In this document: positions 10,507-21,204 of the stretch, piece after piece | Numbering within the stretch: the stretch's first letter is position 1 | Layout of the letters: each line of letters starts with the position of its first letter | DNA from: Bacteroidales bacterium | Lineage (GTDB): Bacteria; Bacteroidota; Bacteroidia; Bacteroidales; WRLA01 | Direction: 5' to 3' | Length of the DNA: 64,000 nucleotides | Assembly (NCBI GenBank): GCA_963676725.1 | Contig: OY781463.1 | Coordinates: 2,701,421-2,765,420, forward strand | Translations under genes and position numbers: made by a program | Notes under the pieces: model-generated | Told to the model about the DNA's origin: nothing | Seen by the model: only the letters and a program-made list of their open reading frames with translations | The model's database searches: none

Positions 10507-10688
10507 ATCAAGTTTAAATACGGTTTAGCTATTGCTCCAATCAGGCTTTACTATGGCCAAATACCGGTATTAGTATAGAATATTTGCTGCCATAAAATAA
10601 GCAGTTCCTAGAATCGTTGGGCATTATTAAACAAGAACAGCAGAACAAGTAGTGATGGTTCTGCATATGACAGAGGCACAGCTTCCCC

Positions 10689-11303
10689 TTATCGAATTAC
10701 CGGCAGGGATAAGCGATACTTCACTACAATCAGGCGCAAAGCAATTACAGAGACAATCGTAATAAACTCGATAAGCATGGGAGCAAGTCCAAGGTACTGC
10801 AAGATAAAAAACAAAGCACCACCAAAAATACATACGGTTGCATAAATTTCTTTCCGAAGGATCAAGGGGATTTCATTATTAAAGATATCGCGTAAAACAC
10901 CACCAAAGACTGCTGTTAGGGTTCCCATCAGCACACTAACCACGGGCGACAAGCCTCTTGCCAGAGCCGTTTCAATTCCAATGATTGTAAATACGCCAAT
11001 ACCTATACTATCGAATAAGAACAGCGTTTTCCGTAAGCGCCCGATATATTTCCGGAATAAGACAGCAGCAGGAACAGCGAGCAGAGCAACGAGCATATAT
11101 TCCGGATAAAGCATCCATCCTACAGGAGTATTTCCAAGAAGAAGGTCGCGCACTGTGCCTCCGCCCAAAGCGGTAAGAAAGGCCACAACGGCGAGACCAA
11201 ACAAATCGTAGCGCTTTTCGATACCCGACAATGCCCCTGACAAAGCAAAGGCAAAAACCCCGAGCAAATCAAGAAGGTAAATTGAGGACAATTCCGACAT
11301 CAT
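10689..11303 (-). CDS. Trimeric intracellular cation channel / UPF0126 (YadS/YicG-like) membrane protein
   Basis: Two UPF0126-type halves (LLDLLGVFAFALSGALSG...ALGGGTVRDLLLG and IGIGVFTIIGIE...AVFGGVLRDI). The track start at 11318 is TTG, so I chose the first ATG (MMSEL). Confidence 0.8.
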   Translation of the reverse strand: MMSELSSIYLLDLLGVFAFALSGALSGIEKRYDLFGLAVVAFLTALGGGTVRDLLLGNTPVGWMLYPEYMLVALLAVPAAVLFRKYIGRLRKTLFLFDSIGIGVFTIIGIETALARGLSPVVSVLMGTLTAVFGGVLRDIFNNEIPLILRKEIYATVCIFGGALFFILQYLGLAPMLIEFITIVSVIALRLIVVKYRLSLPVIR

Positions 11304-11330
11304 GATAAATGCTTTCAAGCGGAGAATCGA

Positions 11331-13007
11331 CTATTTCACAAACTTAAAAGTAGCTTTCGTATTATTTGTTTGTATGCTTAAAAAATACATCCCTGAGGGC
11401 AAGGCATTCAGACCGTTCATAAAAAAGTCACCATTTCCGGCATTATGTTCGCTTTGTTTTATGATCCGGCCATTAATATCGCTTAAAGAACAAGAGATAT
11501 CCCCTTGGATCCCATCATCGATTTTGATATGGATTTTATCTCGTACAGGATTGGAAGACAATAATTTAAAACCAGATTGGCTATTGAATACTGTCTGTGT
11601 CGATGCCAGATTTAAAGCGAGCTCAAAATCAGGGATCCCATAACCATATTCATCATCAGGGTTTTGATAAAAAGAAGAGCTTTTTTGGAGCACTTCAATA
11701 AAATGGTTTACACCCAACTGTGGCCAAGCTTGACGCAAAGAAGCCACAAGACCGGCAGCGATAGGTGAAGAAAAGGAGGTTCCATATCCGCCATAAACTG
11801 TATCATTCAGTAAGCTGGTTGAGGCAAGAATAGCACCACTTCCCTGCGCCATAATATCCGGTTTAATACGACCATCGGAGGTAGGGCCAACGGAGCTAAA
11901 TGAAGCATAAAGCCCATCTTTGTCTACAGCACCAACGGTTATAATATGTTCTGCATCAGCCGGTGCGCCAATATAATGCCAAGCATCATTTCCCGAATTT
12001 CCGGCACTATTGCAAACCAAAATCCCTTTTTCGCCAGCTATGGAAGCGCCAATGGATATTGCTGTTGTTTTCCCATCCATATCAGCATAAGTGTGGTTCA
12101 TTGTCGGATCATCAAATTCTGTATATCCCAATGACGAATTAATAACATCAGCGCCTAGGCTATCAGCAAACTCTGCGCCGCAAACCCAATTATATTCTTC
12201 AATTAGATATTCTGTTGGGCCATCCTCCGTGCGAATTAACCAATAAGAAGCCTCAGGAGCTGTACCAACAATCAATCCCGGCGACCAAGAAGCTATAGTT
12301 GAGAGCACACTACTGCCGTGCGAATGATTTCCTGGAGCAAAAACATCATTTCCGGGATTTACAAAATCGCGTGTTCCCAAAATACGACCTTGCGCCCAAG
12401 CACTATCAAAAACAGGCATTTGGTCAGCATTTACAAATCCCGCATCCAATACTGCGATGATCATGCCTTGCCCGGCATAGCCCAGTTCATGCAATTTTTC
12501 ACCCTTCAACATATTGATTTGATTGGAAGCATATCCATAATCATAAATAGTGGTATGCACCAAAGTATTTTTCTCCTGAACAGGCAAGACAGGTATAATG
12601 GATTCTTCCCGTAAGAATTTATCCTTTGCTTGATTTGGGGACGCAATGCCTGCCGGTTTTACAAAGACTGATTTCTCTACAAAATTGAGTGCGAGTATCG
12701 CATCCAGCATCAGGTCATCAGAAATTTCAAAAACAGCACAATTAAGCCATTTTGATTGATTTAAAAGCTTTGCGCCCATTTCTTCCACAGCAGTGATATA
12801 TTGAGGATTTACGGGCAAATCGGACTCATCAATACTAATACCAAGGCGGGCTCGACGTTCCAAAGCGCGTTCCGACAAAAACCCTGAGGGTTCGCTAATG
12901 GAATAAGGATTATCATTTTTATCGGTAAAATAAACCGCATATTTTGCATCCTGGGCATACACTAAAGAAACGCTTATCAGTAGCAATCCGATCAATAATT
13001 TTCTCAT
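11331..13007 (-). CDS. Subtilisin-family (S8) serine peptidase with a T9SS type-A C-terminal domain
   Basis: Signal peptide MRKLLIGLLLISVSLVYAQ. Catalytic-triad contexts IAVLDAGF (Asp), HGSSVLS (His) and GTSFSSPIAAG (Ser). The C-terminus is LLSSNPVRDKIHIKI...ATFKFVK. Confidence 0.9.
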   Translation of the reverse strand: MRKLLIGLLLISVSLVYAQDAKYAVYFTDKNDNPYSISEPSGFLSERALERRARLGISIDESDLPVNPQYITAVEEMGAKLLNQSKWLNCAVFEISDDLMLDAILALNFVEKSVFVKPAGIASPNQAKDKFLREESIIPVLPVQEKNTLVHTTIYDYGYASNQINMLKGEKLHELGYAGQGMIIAVLDAGFVNADQMPVFDSAWAQGRILGTRDFVNPGNDVFAPGNHSHGSSVLSTIASWSPGLIVGTAPEASYWLIRTEDGPTEYLIEEYNWVCGAEFADSLGADVINSSLGYTEFDDPTMNHTYADMDGKTTAISIGASIAGEKGILVCNSAGNSGNDAWHYIGAPADAEHIITVGAVDKDGLYASFSSVGPTSDGRIKPDIMAQGSGAILASTSLLNDTVYGGYGTSFSSPIAAGLVASLRQAWPQLGVNHFIEVLQKSSSFYQNPDDEYGYGIPDFELALNLASTQTVFNSQSGFKLLSSNPVRDKIHIKIDDGIQGDISCSLSDINGRIIKQSEHNAGNGDFFMNGLNALPSGMYFLSIQTNNTKATFKFVK

Positions 13008-13193
13008 GGTTTTATTTTCAAATGTTTGTATTTAATACATTGGTCATCAAAACAATAGCTTCATATCGGTGAATAAAAACAAAGGCCTGTTGGCCAAAAT
13101 TCTCTTTTCCAAAGGAAAACATTATTATTCAATAAATTAACACCGAAACACCGGCAAAGTTTACTCAAAAATAAAACTTTTTGGGAATAAAGC

Positions 13194-14255
13194 TCAAATT
13201 ATTCTACCTCCGGCCAAAATTGCACCGGAACTATAAAGAACAGCCCATTGCCCTGATGCCGGAGCAAATACGGCTTCTTCCAAGAAAATATCGCAGGATA
13301 AATCATTTATTTTCAATCCCTTAACCTTATGATGCGTATCTTTTCCACGGATTTTCACGCTCACCCCCTGTTCAACAACAAGATCTCGTGTTTTTTGAAA
13401 ATGCATTTGTTCTAATTGCAAATGATGCACAAACAATTTTGATTTTTCACCAACAATCAGTTGATTTTTTTGAAGGTCTTTTCGCAGCACAAAATCACTA
13501 CCTAACTGATGGTTAATTATTTGACCAATAGTATAGAAAGCTAGGCCTTTGTGTTTGCCAAGTATTTCACCCTGAATTCCTACGATATTTCCTTGCTTGC
13601 TTTGGGGTACAAAACTTTTCTGTGCTTCCAAAAAACAATTTGGGCTCATACCATAGTTAAAACAGAGGTCAAAGCTTTCATTTTTTTCAGAAACAAATTT
13701 CGGCAAATGCTTTTGGGCAATTTTCCGCACATCCGATTTCAGCATTTGCCCGAGAGGAAAACGACAAAGCTGCAAATGATCCTGCTGCAAATGAAAAAGC
13801 ATAAACGACTGATCTTTTGCAATATCAACAGCTTCTGACAAAAAAAAGCGTTCGTTTGAATACTGAATTTGCGCATAATGCCCACTGGCAATAAAATCTG
13901 CCCCACAATCTTTTGCCAAGTGCAGAAGTGCATCAAATTTTAATTTCGGATTGCATTGGATACAAGGGAAAGGCGTTTTTCCTTCCATAGTTTCCTTTAG
14001 AAAGGGATCAAGCACATGCTGATAAAATACATCAGAATAATTTCGCACAATGCATTGAATATTCAGGCATTTTGCGATGGCAGCCACATCCATCATTTGC
14101 TGTTGTGCAAAAGCCTGTATATATGGATTGCCCACTTTTTTCCAAAGATCTATATAAAGCCCAATTACATGAATACCAACTGATTGAAGCAAGAAAGCAG
14201 CCACAGCACTATCCATTCCTCCACTCATTGCAATAATCGCCTTTTTCGAGCCCAT
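13194..14255 (-). CDS. mnmA: tRNA 2-thiouridine(34) synthase MnmA-like PP-loop ATPase
   Basis: PP-loop AIIAMSGGMDSAVAAFLL. Conserved Cys context PFPCIQCNPKLKF. ASGHYA motif. The start was moved to M24 (ATG at 14255) so the gene does not overlap the divergent operon. Confidence 0.75.
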   Translation of the reverse strand: MGSKKAIIAMSGGMDSAVAAFLLQSVGIHVIGLYIDLWKKVGNPYIQAFAQQQMMDVAAIAKCLNIQCIVRNYSDVFYQHVLDPFLKETMEGKTPFPCIQCNPKLKFDALLHLAKDCGADFIASGHYAQIQYSNERFFLSEAVDIAKDQSFMLFHLQQDHLQLCRFPLGQMLKSDVRKIAQKHLPKFVSEKNESFDLCFNYGMSPNCFLEAQKSFVPQSKQGNIVGIQGEILGKHKGLAFYTIGQIINHQLGSDFVLRKDLQKNQLIVGEKSKLFVHHLQLEQMHFQKTRDLVVEQGVSVKIRGKDTHHKVKGLKINDLSCDIFLEEAVFAPASGQWAVLYSSGAILAGGRII

Positions 14256-14322
14256 AGGCTGCAAATTTAGAATTTCTCCCTTGAAACAGGCATACAATGA
14301 ATTTTTTTTCTTATTTTGCATC

Positions 14323-17298
14323 ATGCATCAAAATAAGGACAGACTGAACATTAGCGTACTGTATGTAGAAGATGAAATTATCTTTCGCGAGACTATTTCC
14401 TCCCTCCTAGAGCCAAGGATACGAGAACTTATCATGGCAAAAGATGGAGAAGAAGGCTTTGAGGCCTATAAAGTTCATCGTCCGGATATTGTGATTTCGG
14501 ATATTTCCATGCCGCGCATGAATGGCCTGCGCATGTTAAAAAAAATAAAAAAAATAAATCCACAGGCAATTTGCATCATTACAACATCCTATAGTGATAC
14601 GAATTATTTTCTCGATGCTATTGATTTAGGTGTCAACCGATTTATTTTAAAACCATTTGACATACAAGAACTTATCAATACCCTTAAAACACTTTCCAAT
14701 TCGATTATTTATAAACAGCAATTAGAAGCTGAGGAAAAAAGACGCCTACAAACAGAAGAAGCATTACGGGAAAGTGAGGAGCGTTTCAGGTTAATGTTTC
14801 TAGAAATGCCCGGTGCCATTGTATTGGCACATCCCGAAAATGGAAAGATTATTGAAGCAAACAATGCTGCCCTGAAACTATTCGGATACAGCAAAGAGGA
14901 GTTTTTAACATTCACACAAAAAGATATTACAGAAGACCACAATGAATTAATCGATGCCTTTAATGCCAAAGCAAAACAAAAAACCGATGGTTCCTCAATT
15001 GTTGGGGAGTTTAAGGTCAAATTAGCATCAGGCAAAAGCATTCCTGTAGAAATAAAGCAACGCTCGATTCATTATCATGGTTCTGAGATTTTCATTGGCT
15101 TTATTACAGATATAAGCAGCAGAAAGCAGCAAGAAGAAATGCGCCAAAGGTATCAGGAAGCATTGGAAAAACTCGTTCAAATCAGAACAGAAGAACTGCA
15201 AAAATCCAATGAAGACTTAAAGACTAATATTATATCATTGCATAAAGCTCAGAAACAAATAGAAAACAGGAGTTTATCTGAGCATTTACTCTCTGAAATA
15301 TCCAGCAATCTGGTAAATATACCACATTATGAACTAGACAATTACATTCGCAGCTCACTTCAAAAGCTAGGAGAATTTAAAAATGCGCGAAGCACTTTTG
15401 TCAGAATTCAGAATAAATCACAAACGATAAGGCAGATTTTCCGCTGGCATAGCAAAGATTGCCCGAATGCCACTTTAAGTGATGAAGAGTTGATTGAAAA
15501 ACAAGCAGAACTTTGGAAGGCCATCAGTCGTTCAAAACACATTATTGTTGAGCCAGAAAACCAAGCAGAAGCAGAAAACAATAATGCTCCGGCTTTGACC
15601 CAAGGATTGTATTACCAATTGCTTTATAATAATGAGTTTTATGGCTTTATTGGCATTGAGCACAGAAGACAGCAAACAAGATTGTCGGAGCAAGACACAT
15701 TTTTGCCAGGCATGCTTGGAGAGGTAATCTTGAATGCATTTTTCAGAAAACATGACCTTCTTCGAACACTCGAAAAAGAAGAAACAGCCCATGCGTTGAT
15801 CAATGCAAATACTGAAATTATGCTCTTGATCGATAAAAATGCTAAAGTATTGGATCTTAACGATAAAGCGATTGAAAAGCTAAAGATTAATAAAGGAAGT
15901 TCATTATATACCTCCAATACAAAATTTATTACAGTCAAACGATTACGTTCCGCATTAAACGTTTTTGCCAATGGGAAAAAGATACAATTTACTGATACCT
16001 TTAAAGGGCAATATTATGAGCACACTTTTTATCCGGTTCTTGGAATCAACAGTATTATTGAACGTATCGCCATCCACAGCCGTGATATTACTCAAAAAGT
16101 AAAGGGAGAGCAGGAAATACAACGTCAGAACCAATTTCTAAACAGCTTGCTCGAAAGCATACCGAGTCCTGTTTTTATTAAAAATTTGGATGGATTTTTT
16201 ATTGGCTGCAACCAGGAATTAGTAAGACTTACCGGAAAGCCAAAGGATCAAATCATTAGCAAAACACCTTATGACCTTTCCCCAAAAGAAATGGCAGACT
16301 TTTATACTCTGAAAGACAAAGAATTATATAAAAGCAAAGGCATTCAGAATTACGAATCAAAATTTATTGGTAAAAATGGCATTATTCGCGACATTGCCTT
16401 TTATAAAAGTCTTTTTTATGATGGTGAGGGCAATCCAGATGGAATTATTGGCGTAATGATTGATATTACGAAAGTTAAAAAAGACGAAAAGCAATTACGC
16501 GAGTTGAATGAAAACCTTGAAAATCGCGTTAAAGAAGAACTCAGTAAGACAGAAAACCAAAGGCAATTACTGATTCAGAAATCGAAACTGGAGTCTTTAG
16601 GGGAGCTTTCAGCAGGCATGGCCCATGAGATCAACCAGCCATTGGGCGGCATTTCTATGGGGTTGGAGAATATTTTATATAAGCTCAACGACAATCGTTT
16701 AGACAGAGATTACCTTCGGTCAAAGATTGATTACCTTTTCGAGAACATATCCCGTATTAAGCAAATTATTAGTCATATACGGACATTTTCACGGGATCAA
16801 CAACATATCAGCAAAGAAAAAGTGTCCATCTCTGAAGTGATTAAAAATGCATTAATGCTTATTGAAGTACAATTTAAAAGCAATCAGGTGAACCTTATTA
16901 TTAAGCATCCTGAAGAAGACTGCTTTTTTCTTGGGAACAAATACCGCACAGAACAGGTTTTGCTCAATTTACTCTCTAATGCACGCGATGCGGTAAATCA
17001 AAAAGCCGTCTTAGATTCCTGCGAGCCCGGATATCAAAAAACGATTATTATTCGTTATTTTAGTACTTCAGAGCAATGCATTATTGAGGTTTCGGATAAT
17101 GGAACCGGCATAAAACCCGAAAACATTGGTCGCATCTTTGAGCCTTTCTATACTACAAAAAGCGATGGATCCGGCACAGGGCTTGGCCTCTCAATAAATT
17201 ATGGCATAGTGCAAGATATGGGCGGTGAAATAAAAGTTGAAAGTAAAAATGGATTAAGTACCTTAATGCGCGTTATTTTTCCGAAATTTGTAGAGTAA
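14323..17298 (+). CDS. Hybrid sensor kinase: N-terminal receiver, PAS domains, HisKA and HATPase_c
   Basis: REC domain (ISVLYVEDE...DIVISDISMPRMNG...KP). PAS-like segments (ERFRLMF..., NSLLESIPSPVFIKN...). H-box ESLGELSAGMAHEINQPLGG. G-boxes DNGTGI and GTGLGLSI. The start is at M15 of the track ORF. Confidence 0.85.
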   Translation: MHQNKDRLNISVLYVEDEIIFRETISSLLEPRIRELIMAKDGEEGFEAYKVHRPDIVISDISMPRMNGLRMLKKIKKINPQAICIITTSYSDTNYFLDAIDLGVNRFILKPFDIQELINTLKTLSNSIIYKQQLEAEEKRRLQTEEALRESEERFRLMFLEMPGAIVLAHPENGKIIEANNAALKLFGYSKEEFLTFTQKDITEDHNELIDAFNAKAKQKTDGSSIVGEFKVKLASGKSIPVEIKQRSIHYHGSEIFIGFITDISSRKQQEEMRQRYQEALEKLVQIRTEELQKSNEDLKTNIISLHKAQKQIENRSLSEHLLSEISSNLVNIPHYELDNYIRSSLQKLGEFKNARSTFVRIQNKSQTIRQIFRWHSKDCPNATLSDEELIEKQAELWKAISRSKHIIVEPENQAEAENNNAPALTQGLYYQLLYNNEFYGFIGIEHRRQQTRLSEQDTFLPGMLGEVILNAFFRKHDLLRTLEKEETAHALINANTEIMLLIDKNAKVLDLNDKAIEKLKINKGSSLYTSNTKFITVKRLRSALNVFANGKKIQFTDTFKGQYYEHTFYPVLGINSIIERIAIHSRDITQKVKGEQEIQRQNQFLNSLLESIPSPVFIKNLDGFFIGCNQELVRLTGKPKDQIISKTPYDLSPKEMADFYTLKDKELYKSKGIQNYESKFIGKNGIIRDIAFYKSLFYDGEGNPDGIIGVMIDITKVKKDEKQLRELNENLENRVKEELSKTENQRQLLIQKSKLESLGELSAGMAHEINQPLGGISMGLENILYKLNDNRLDRDYLRSKIDYLFENISRIKQIISHIRTFSRDQQHISKEKVSISEVIKNALMLIEVQFKSNQVNLIIKHPEEDCFFLGNKYRTEQVLLNLLSNARDAVNQKAVLDSCEPGYQKTIIIRYFSTSEQCIIEVSDNGTGIKPENIGRIFEPFYTTKSDGSGTGLGLSINYGIVQDMGGEIKVESKNGLSTLMRVIFPKFVE

Positions 17299-17334
17299 AC
17301 AGTATTTTAAGATAATTTAAGTAAGTTCTCTGCT

Positions 17335-18510
17335 ATGAAACAATTTAATTTTAAATTGCTCGTCATCGAAGATGATGAGCCTTCAAGAGCTTATTACGAG
17401 CAAATTATTAAGCCAATTGTGAAATATGTGCATTTTGCAAAAAATGCATTTGAAGGAATTCAACTGTTCAATCAACACCAATATGACCTTATCCTTACGG
17501 ACATTAATATGCCCGAAATGAATGGTTTAGACATGATTCAAAGGATAAAAACCAAACATATAGATCTTAAATTTGTTGTGATGTCGGCCTACGGGCAATC
17601 CGATTTTTTTATCAGGGCAATTGAGCTTGGTGCAAAGGGATTTTTGCTAAAACCTGTTGACCGATTTAAAATCAGTGCTTTACTACAAGATTTTGGCAAA
17701 CAAATCTCCTTAGAGAAGGAATATAAAAAGCAGCAGGAAGAAAATAAAAAGCAGAGGGCCTTACTGATGCAAAAGTCCAAACTGGAATCACTCGGCAAAC
17801 TTGCTTCCTGTATTGCCCATGAAATCAACCAACCTCTTGGTGGCATATCCATGGGTTTGGAAAACATACTTCAAAAAATTGATAATAAAGCAATAGACAA
17901 TAAATACCTTCATCTAAAAATAGAGGCAATTAACGGGCATATTAGCCGGATCAATAACATACTGGAACACATCAGGACATTCAGTATGATACAAAAAGAC
18001 GATCTTAAAACCCGTTTCAACCTCAATGAAAGCATCCATAATGCCCTGAAACTATTTAAAACAGAGCTCCAAAACAACAAAACAGAGCTTACTGTCCACC
18101 TCAGCAAAGAGCCCTTGTTTGTCCGAGGGAATCGGTTTAGAATGGAACAAGTTATTATTAGCCTGATTAACAATGCAATAGAAGCAATAATAATCAAACA
18201 AAACGGACATAAGGATGCATATCAGAAAGAAATAAGCATTAAATCCGAGCTAATTAAAAGAAAAATAAAGGTCTGCATCAAAGACAATGGCATTGGCATT
18301 GACAGCAATAATATGGACAAAGTATTTGACCCCTTCTTTACAACAAAAAGTGCTCAAAAAGGCGGCGGGCTCGGTTTATCGGTTGTTTATGGCATTTTAA
18401 ATGATATGGATGGAGACATAAGGGTAGAATCGGAAAAAGGAAAATTTACGGAATTTACACTAATTTTGCCAATAGCAACGGAAGAAAAGCAAGATGAACG
18501 AGAAGATTAA
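17335..18510 (+). CDS. REC-HisKA-HATPase_c histidine kinase (paralog 2)
   Basis: REC (LLVIEDDE...DLILTDINMPEMNG). H-box ESLGKLASCIAHEINQPLGGISMGLENI. DNGIGI and GGGLGLSV. Confidence 0.85.
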   Translation: MKQFNFKLLVIEDDEPSRAYYEQIIKPIVKYVHFAKNAFEGIQLFNQHQYDLILTDINMPEMNGLDMIQRIKTKHIDLKFVVMSAYGQSDFFIRAIELGAKGFLLKPVDRFKISALLQDFGKQISLEKEYKKQQEENKKQRALLMQKSKLESLGKLASCIAHEINQPLGGISMGLENILQKIDNKAIDNKYLHLKIEAINGHISRINNILEHIRTFSMIQKDDLKTRFNLNESIHNALKLFKTELQNNKTELTVHLSKEPLFVRGNRFRMEQVIISLINNAIEAIIIKQNGHKDAYQKEISIKSELIKRKIKVCIKDNGIGIDSNNMDKVFDPFFTTKSAQKGGGLGLSVVYGILNDMDGDIRVESEKGKFTEFTLILPIATEEKQDERED

Positions 18511-19651
18511 AATAAGCGTACTATTTGTTGAAGATGATCCAATTACTACGAGTTTCTATAAAAGGGTACTGGCACCTTTGGTGAGCGAGCTACTTATCGC
18601 CGATAATGGAAAAACCGGCGCTGAGCTCTATAAAGCACACCGCCCCGATTTGGTGATCACCGATGTGGCCATGCCAGTAATGAATGGATTGGAAATGATA
18701 GAAGAAATACGAGCCTATGACCGTGAGGCACGTTTTATTATCATGTCGGCATTTGAGGAACCCCGAAAATTTATGGAAGAACATCGGGTAGATAAAAATG
18801 ATTTTCTGGCAAAACCCGTTGAAAGGAATAAACTTCAAATGCTGATTACAAAAGTATCCAGCATCATACAATTGGAAAAAGAAATTAAAACTGAGCGAGA
18901 AAAAAACAAGCATCAACAACAATTGCTGATCCATAAATCCAAATTAGAATCGCTCGGAAAACTCGCAGCAGGCATTGCCCATGAAATCAATCAACCATTA
19001 GGCGGCATTGCAATGAGCATCGAGAATATGCATTATAAACTCAATGAGGAAGGAACCGATAAAAAATATTTCCACGATAAAATTGAGAGCATCAATGAAA
19101 ATATAAACCGGATAAACCAAATCATTGAACATATTCGGGTCTTTTCCCGTGCACAGGGAAGCGAATTGAAAGTAGAATTTTCCGTAAAAGAAGCCATTTA
19201 CAATGCCCTATCGCTTACGCAAACGCAGCTGCACAATAATGGAATTGAAACCGACTTAAAAACCTCCGATAAACCTTTTATCGTTTTGGGCAATAAATTT
19301 AAACTCGAACAAGTTTTGATTAATCTGATCACGAATAGCAGGGACGCATTGATTCAAAAAAGGAAGAATTTTGATGATTCATTCAAGCCCTTGCTGACCA
19401 TACGCACACAGCAGAGCGGGCAAAATATACTGATAGATGTTGAAGATAACGGCAGCGGCATAGACAAAGACACCGCCCAATTGATCTTTGACCCCTTCTT
19501 TACGACCAAATCTGAAGGTCAGGGAACCGGTTTAGGGCTCTCTATTTCCTACGGCATTATTAAAGAAATGCAAGGTGATATAGAAGTCTTTAGCGAGCCC
19601 TCAAAAATGACCCGTTTACGAATTACACTTCCTATAATCACTAAAAGCTAG
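18494..19651 (+). CDS. REC-HisKA-HATPase_c histidine kinase (paralog 3)
   Basis: REC (VLFVEDD...DLVITDVAMPVMNG). H-box ESLGKLAAGIAHEINQPLGGIAMSIENM. DNGSGI and GTGLGLSI. It overlaps the upstream gene by 17 nt. Confidence 0.85.
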   Translation: MNEKIKISVLFVEDDPITTSFYKRVLAPLVSELLIADNGKTGAELYKAHRPDLVITDVAMPVMNGLEMIEEIRAYDREARFIIMSAFEEPRKFMEEHRVDKNDFLAKPVERNKLQMLITKVSSIIQLEKEIKTEREKNKHQQQLLIHKSKLESLGKLAAGIAHEINQPLGGIAMSIENMHYKLNEEGTDKKYFHDKIESINENINRINQIIEHIRVFSRAQGSELKVEFSVKEAIYNALSLTQTQLHNNGIETDLKTSDKPFIVLGNKFKLEQVLINLITNSRDALIQKRKNFDDSFKPLLTIRTQQSGQNILIDVEDNGSGIDKDTAQLIFDPFFTTKSEGQGTGLGLSISYGIIKEMQGDIEVFSEPSKMTRLRITLPIITKS

Positions 19652-19658
19652 GCAAAAA

Positions 19659-21071
19659 ATGCAGAACGAAAGCAGAAACCAAAACCTCAGCATACTCATA
19701 ATCGACGATGAAGCACTATATCGTGAAGAAATCGGCGAATTTCTTGGTGATCATAATTTTCGTGTATTAAAAGCTGCAACGCCTTCCGAAGCTTTTCGGA
19801 TTTTCAGGGAAGAAGAAGTAGATATCGCAATTCTGGATATCCGACTACCCGAAATGGACGGGCTCAGTATGCTAAAAAAAATTAAGGAAGACTCTCCCGA
19901 TACAGAAGTAATTATGATTAGTGGCCATGGCGATATGGATAGTGTAATCCAGGCCTTACGCTATGGCGCTACCGATTTCTTTTCCAAACCTTTTAGATTG
20001 GCGAATGTGCTGCACGCGATTGAGCGCACTAAACGCTTTTTGATGCTCTCAAAAAAATTACGCGAAGCAGAGCAAAGCTTCGATCTGATTAGCGCAAAGC
20101 TCAATGAAAAATACGGCCAGATCATTGTGGGCGATAGCAAAGCAATGAAAGATGTTACCGATCTTATTGCACGTGTTGCCAAAAGTGATGATACTTCTGT
20201 ACTGATATTGGGCGAAAGCGGAACCGGTAAAGAACTTATTGCCAGGGCTATACACTATATGAGCAGTCGGAAAGACAAATATTTCTATGCTGTAAACAGC
20301 TCAGCAATTACAGAAAGCCTATTTGAAAGTGAGTTTTTTGGCCATAAAAAAGGCTCATTTACAGGGGCTTCCGACGATCGTGCCGGATGGTTCGAAATTG
20401 CGAATGGCGGAACACTCTTCCTTGATGAAATTGGTGATCTGCCCATGAACCTGCAAACAAAATTCCTGAGGGTTTTGGAAGAGAAAAAAATTAGCAGGGT
20501 TGGAACAACTACCGAAATCGATATTAATGTTCGGGTTGTTGCAGCGACTCATCAGGATTTGCGAAAATTGAGTGGCGAGAAAAATTTCAGGCTCGATCTA
20601 TACCATCGCCTCAATTCTTTTGTGATAGAAGTGCCGCCTTTGCGCAGCAGAAAAGAAGACATTCCTTTGCTTCTGGAACATTTTAGCCAGGAACATACAC
20701 AAAAAATGAATAAAGCCAGCCTAAGCATCGACCCCTCTATTTATGAAGGACTGATGCAGTACAGTTTCCCTGGGAATATTCGCGAACTCAGGAATATGGT
20801 AGAGCGGGCTGTAATTCTTTGCGATGGCAAAAAACTAATGCCAAAACATTTTGAGCTCAATAAGCTCTTGCGCCAACCGGAGAACCTGCTTCGAAGCGAT
20901 AATGAGATAATGAACCTTGATGTGATTGAAAGAAATGCAATCATCCAATCCCTGAAGCAATCCAATTACAATAAATCCCAGGCCAGCCGCTTATTGGGTA
21001 TTAGCTTTCAATCCTTGGATCGCCGGATTAAAAAATTTAACCTCAAATTTGAGAAAAAACTAAGCATCTAA
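19659..21071 (+). CDS. Sigma-54-dependent response regulator (NtrC/AtoC family bacterial enhancer-binding protein)
   Basis: REC (ILIIDDE...DIAILDIRLPEMDG). AAA+ Walker A GESGTGKE. ESEFFGHKKGSFTGA (GAFTGA-type loop). Walker B LFLDEIG. C-terminal Fis-type HTH NKSQASRLLGISFQSLDRRIKK. Confidence 0.9.
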   Translation: MQNESRNQNLSILIIDDEALYREEIGEFLGDHNFRVLKAATPSEAFRIFREEEVDIAILDIRLPEMDGLSMLKKIKEDSPDTEVIMISGHGDMDSVIQALRYGATDFFSKPFRLANVLHAIERTKRFLMLSKKLREAEQSFDLISAKLNEKYGQIIVGDSKAMKDVTDLIARVAKSDDTSVLILGESGTGKELIARAIHYMSSRKDKYFYAVNSSAITESLFESEFFGHKKGSFTGASDDRAGWFEIANGGTLFLDEIGDLPMNLQTKFLRVLEEKKISRVGTTTEIDINVRVVAATHQDLRKLSGEKNFRLDLYHRLNSFVIEVPPLRSRKEDIPLLLEHFSQEHTQKMNKASLSIDPSIYEGLMQYSFPGNIRELRNMVERAVILCDGKKLMPKHFELNKLLRQPENLLRSDNEIMNLDVIERNAIIQSLKQSNYNKSQASRLLGISFQSLDRRIKKFNLKFEKKLSI

Positions 21072-21204
21072 ACTTTGTTTCAGCCTTAGAAAAACCTTCT
21101 GCCTTTTTATATTATTATAAAGCACTAATAAACAATACCTTATATTATTGTTTATTGAGGTGTTCAAATAAATACTTAACCTAATCGGTTGTTATATTGA
21201 TAAT

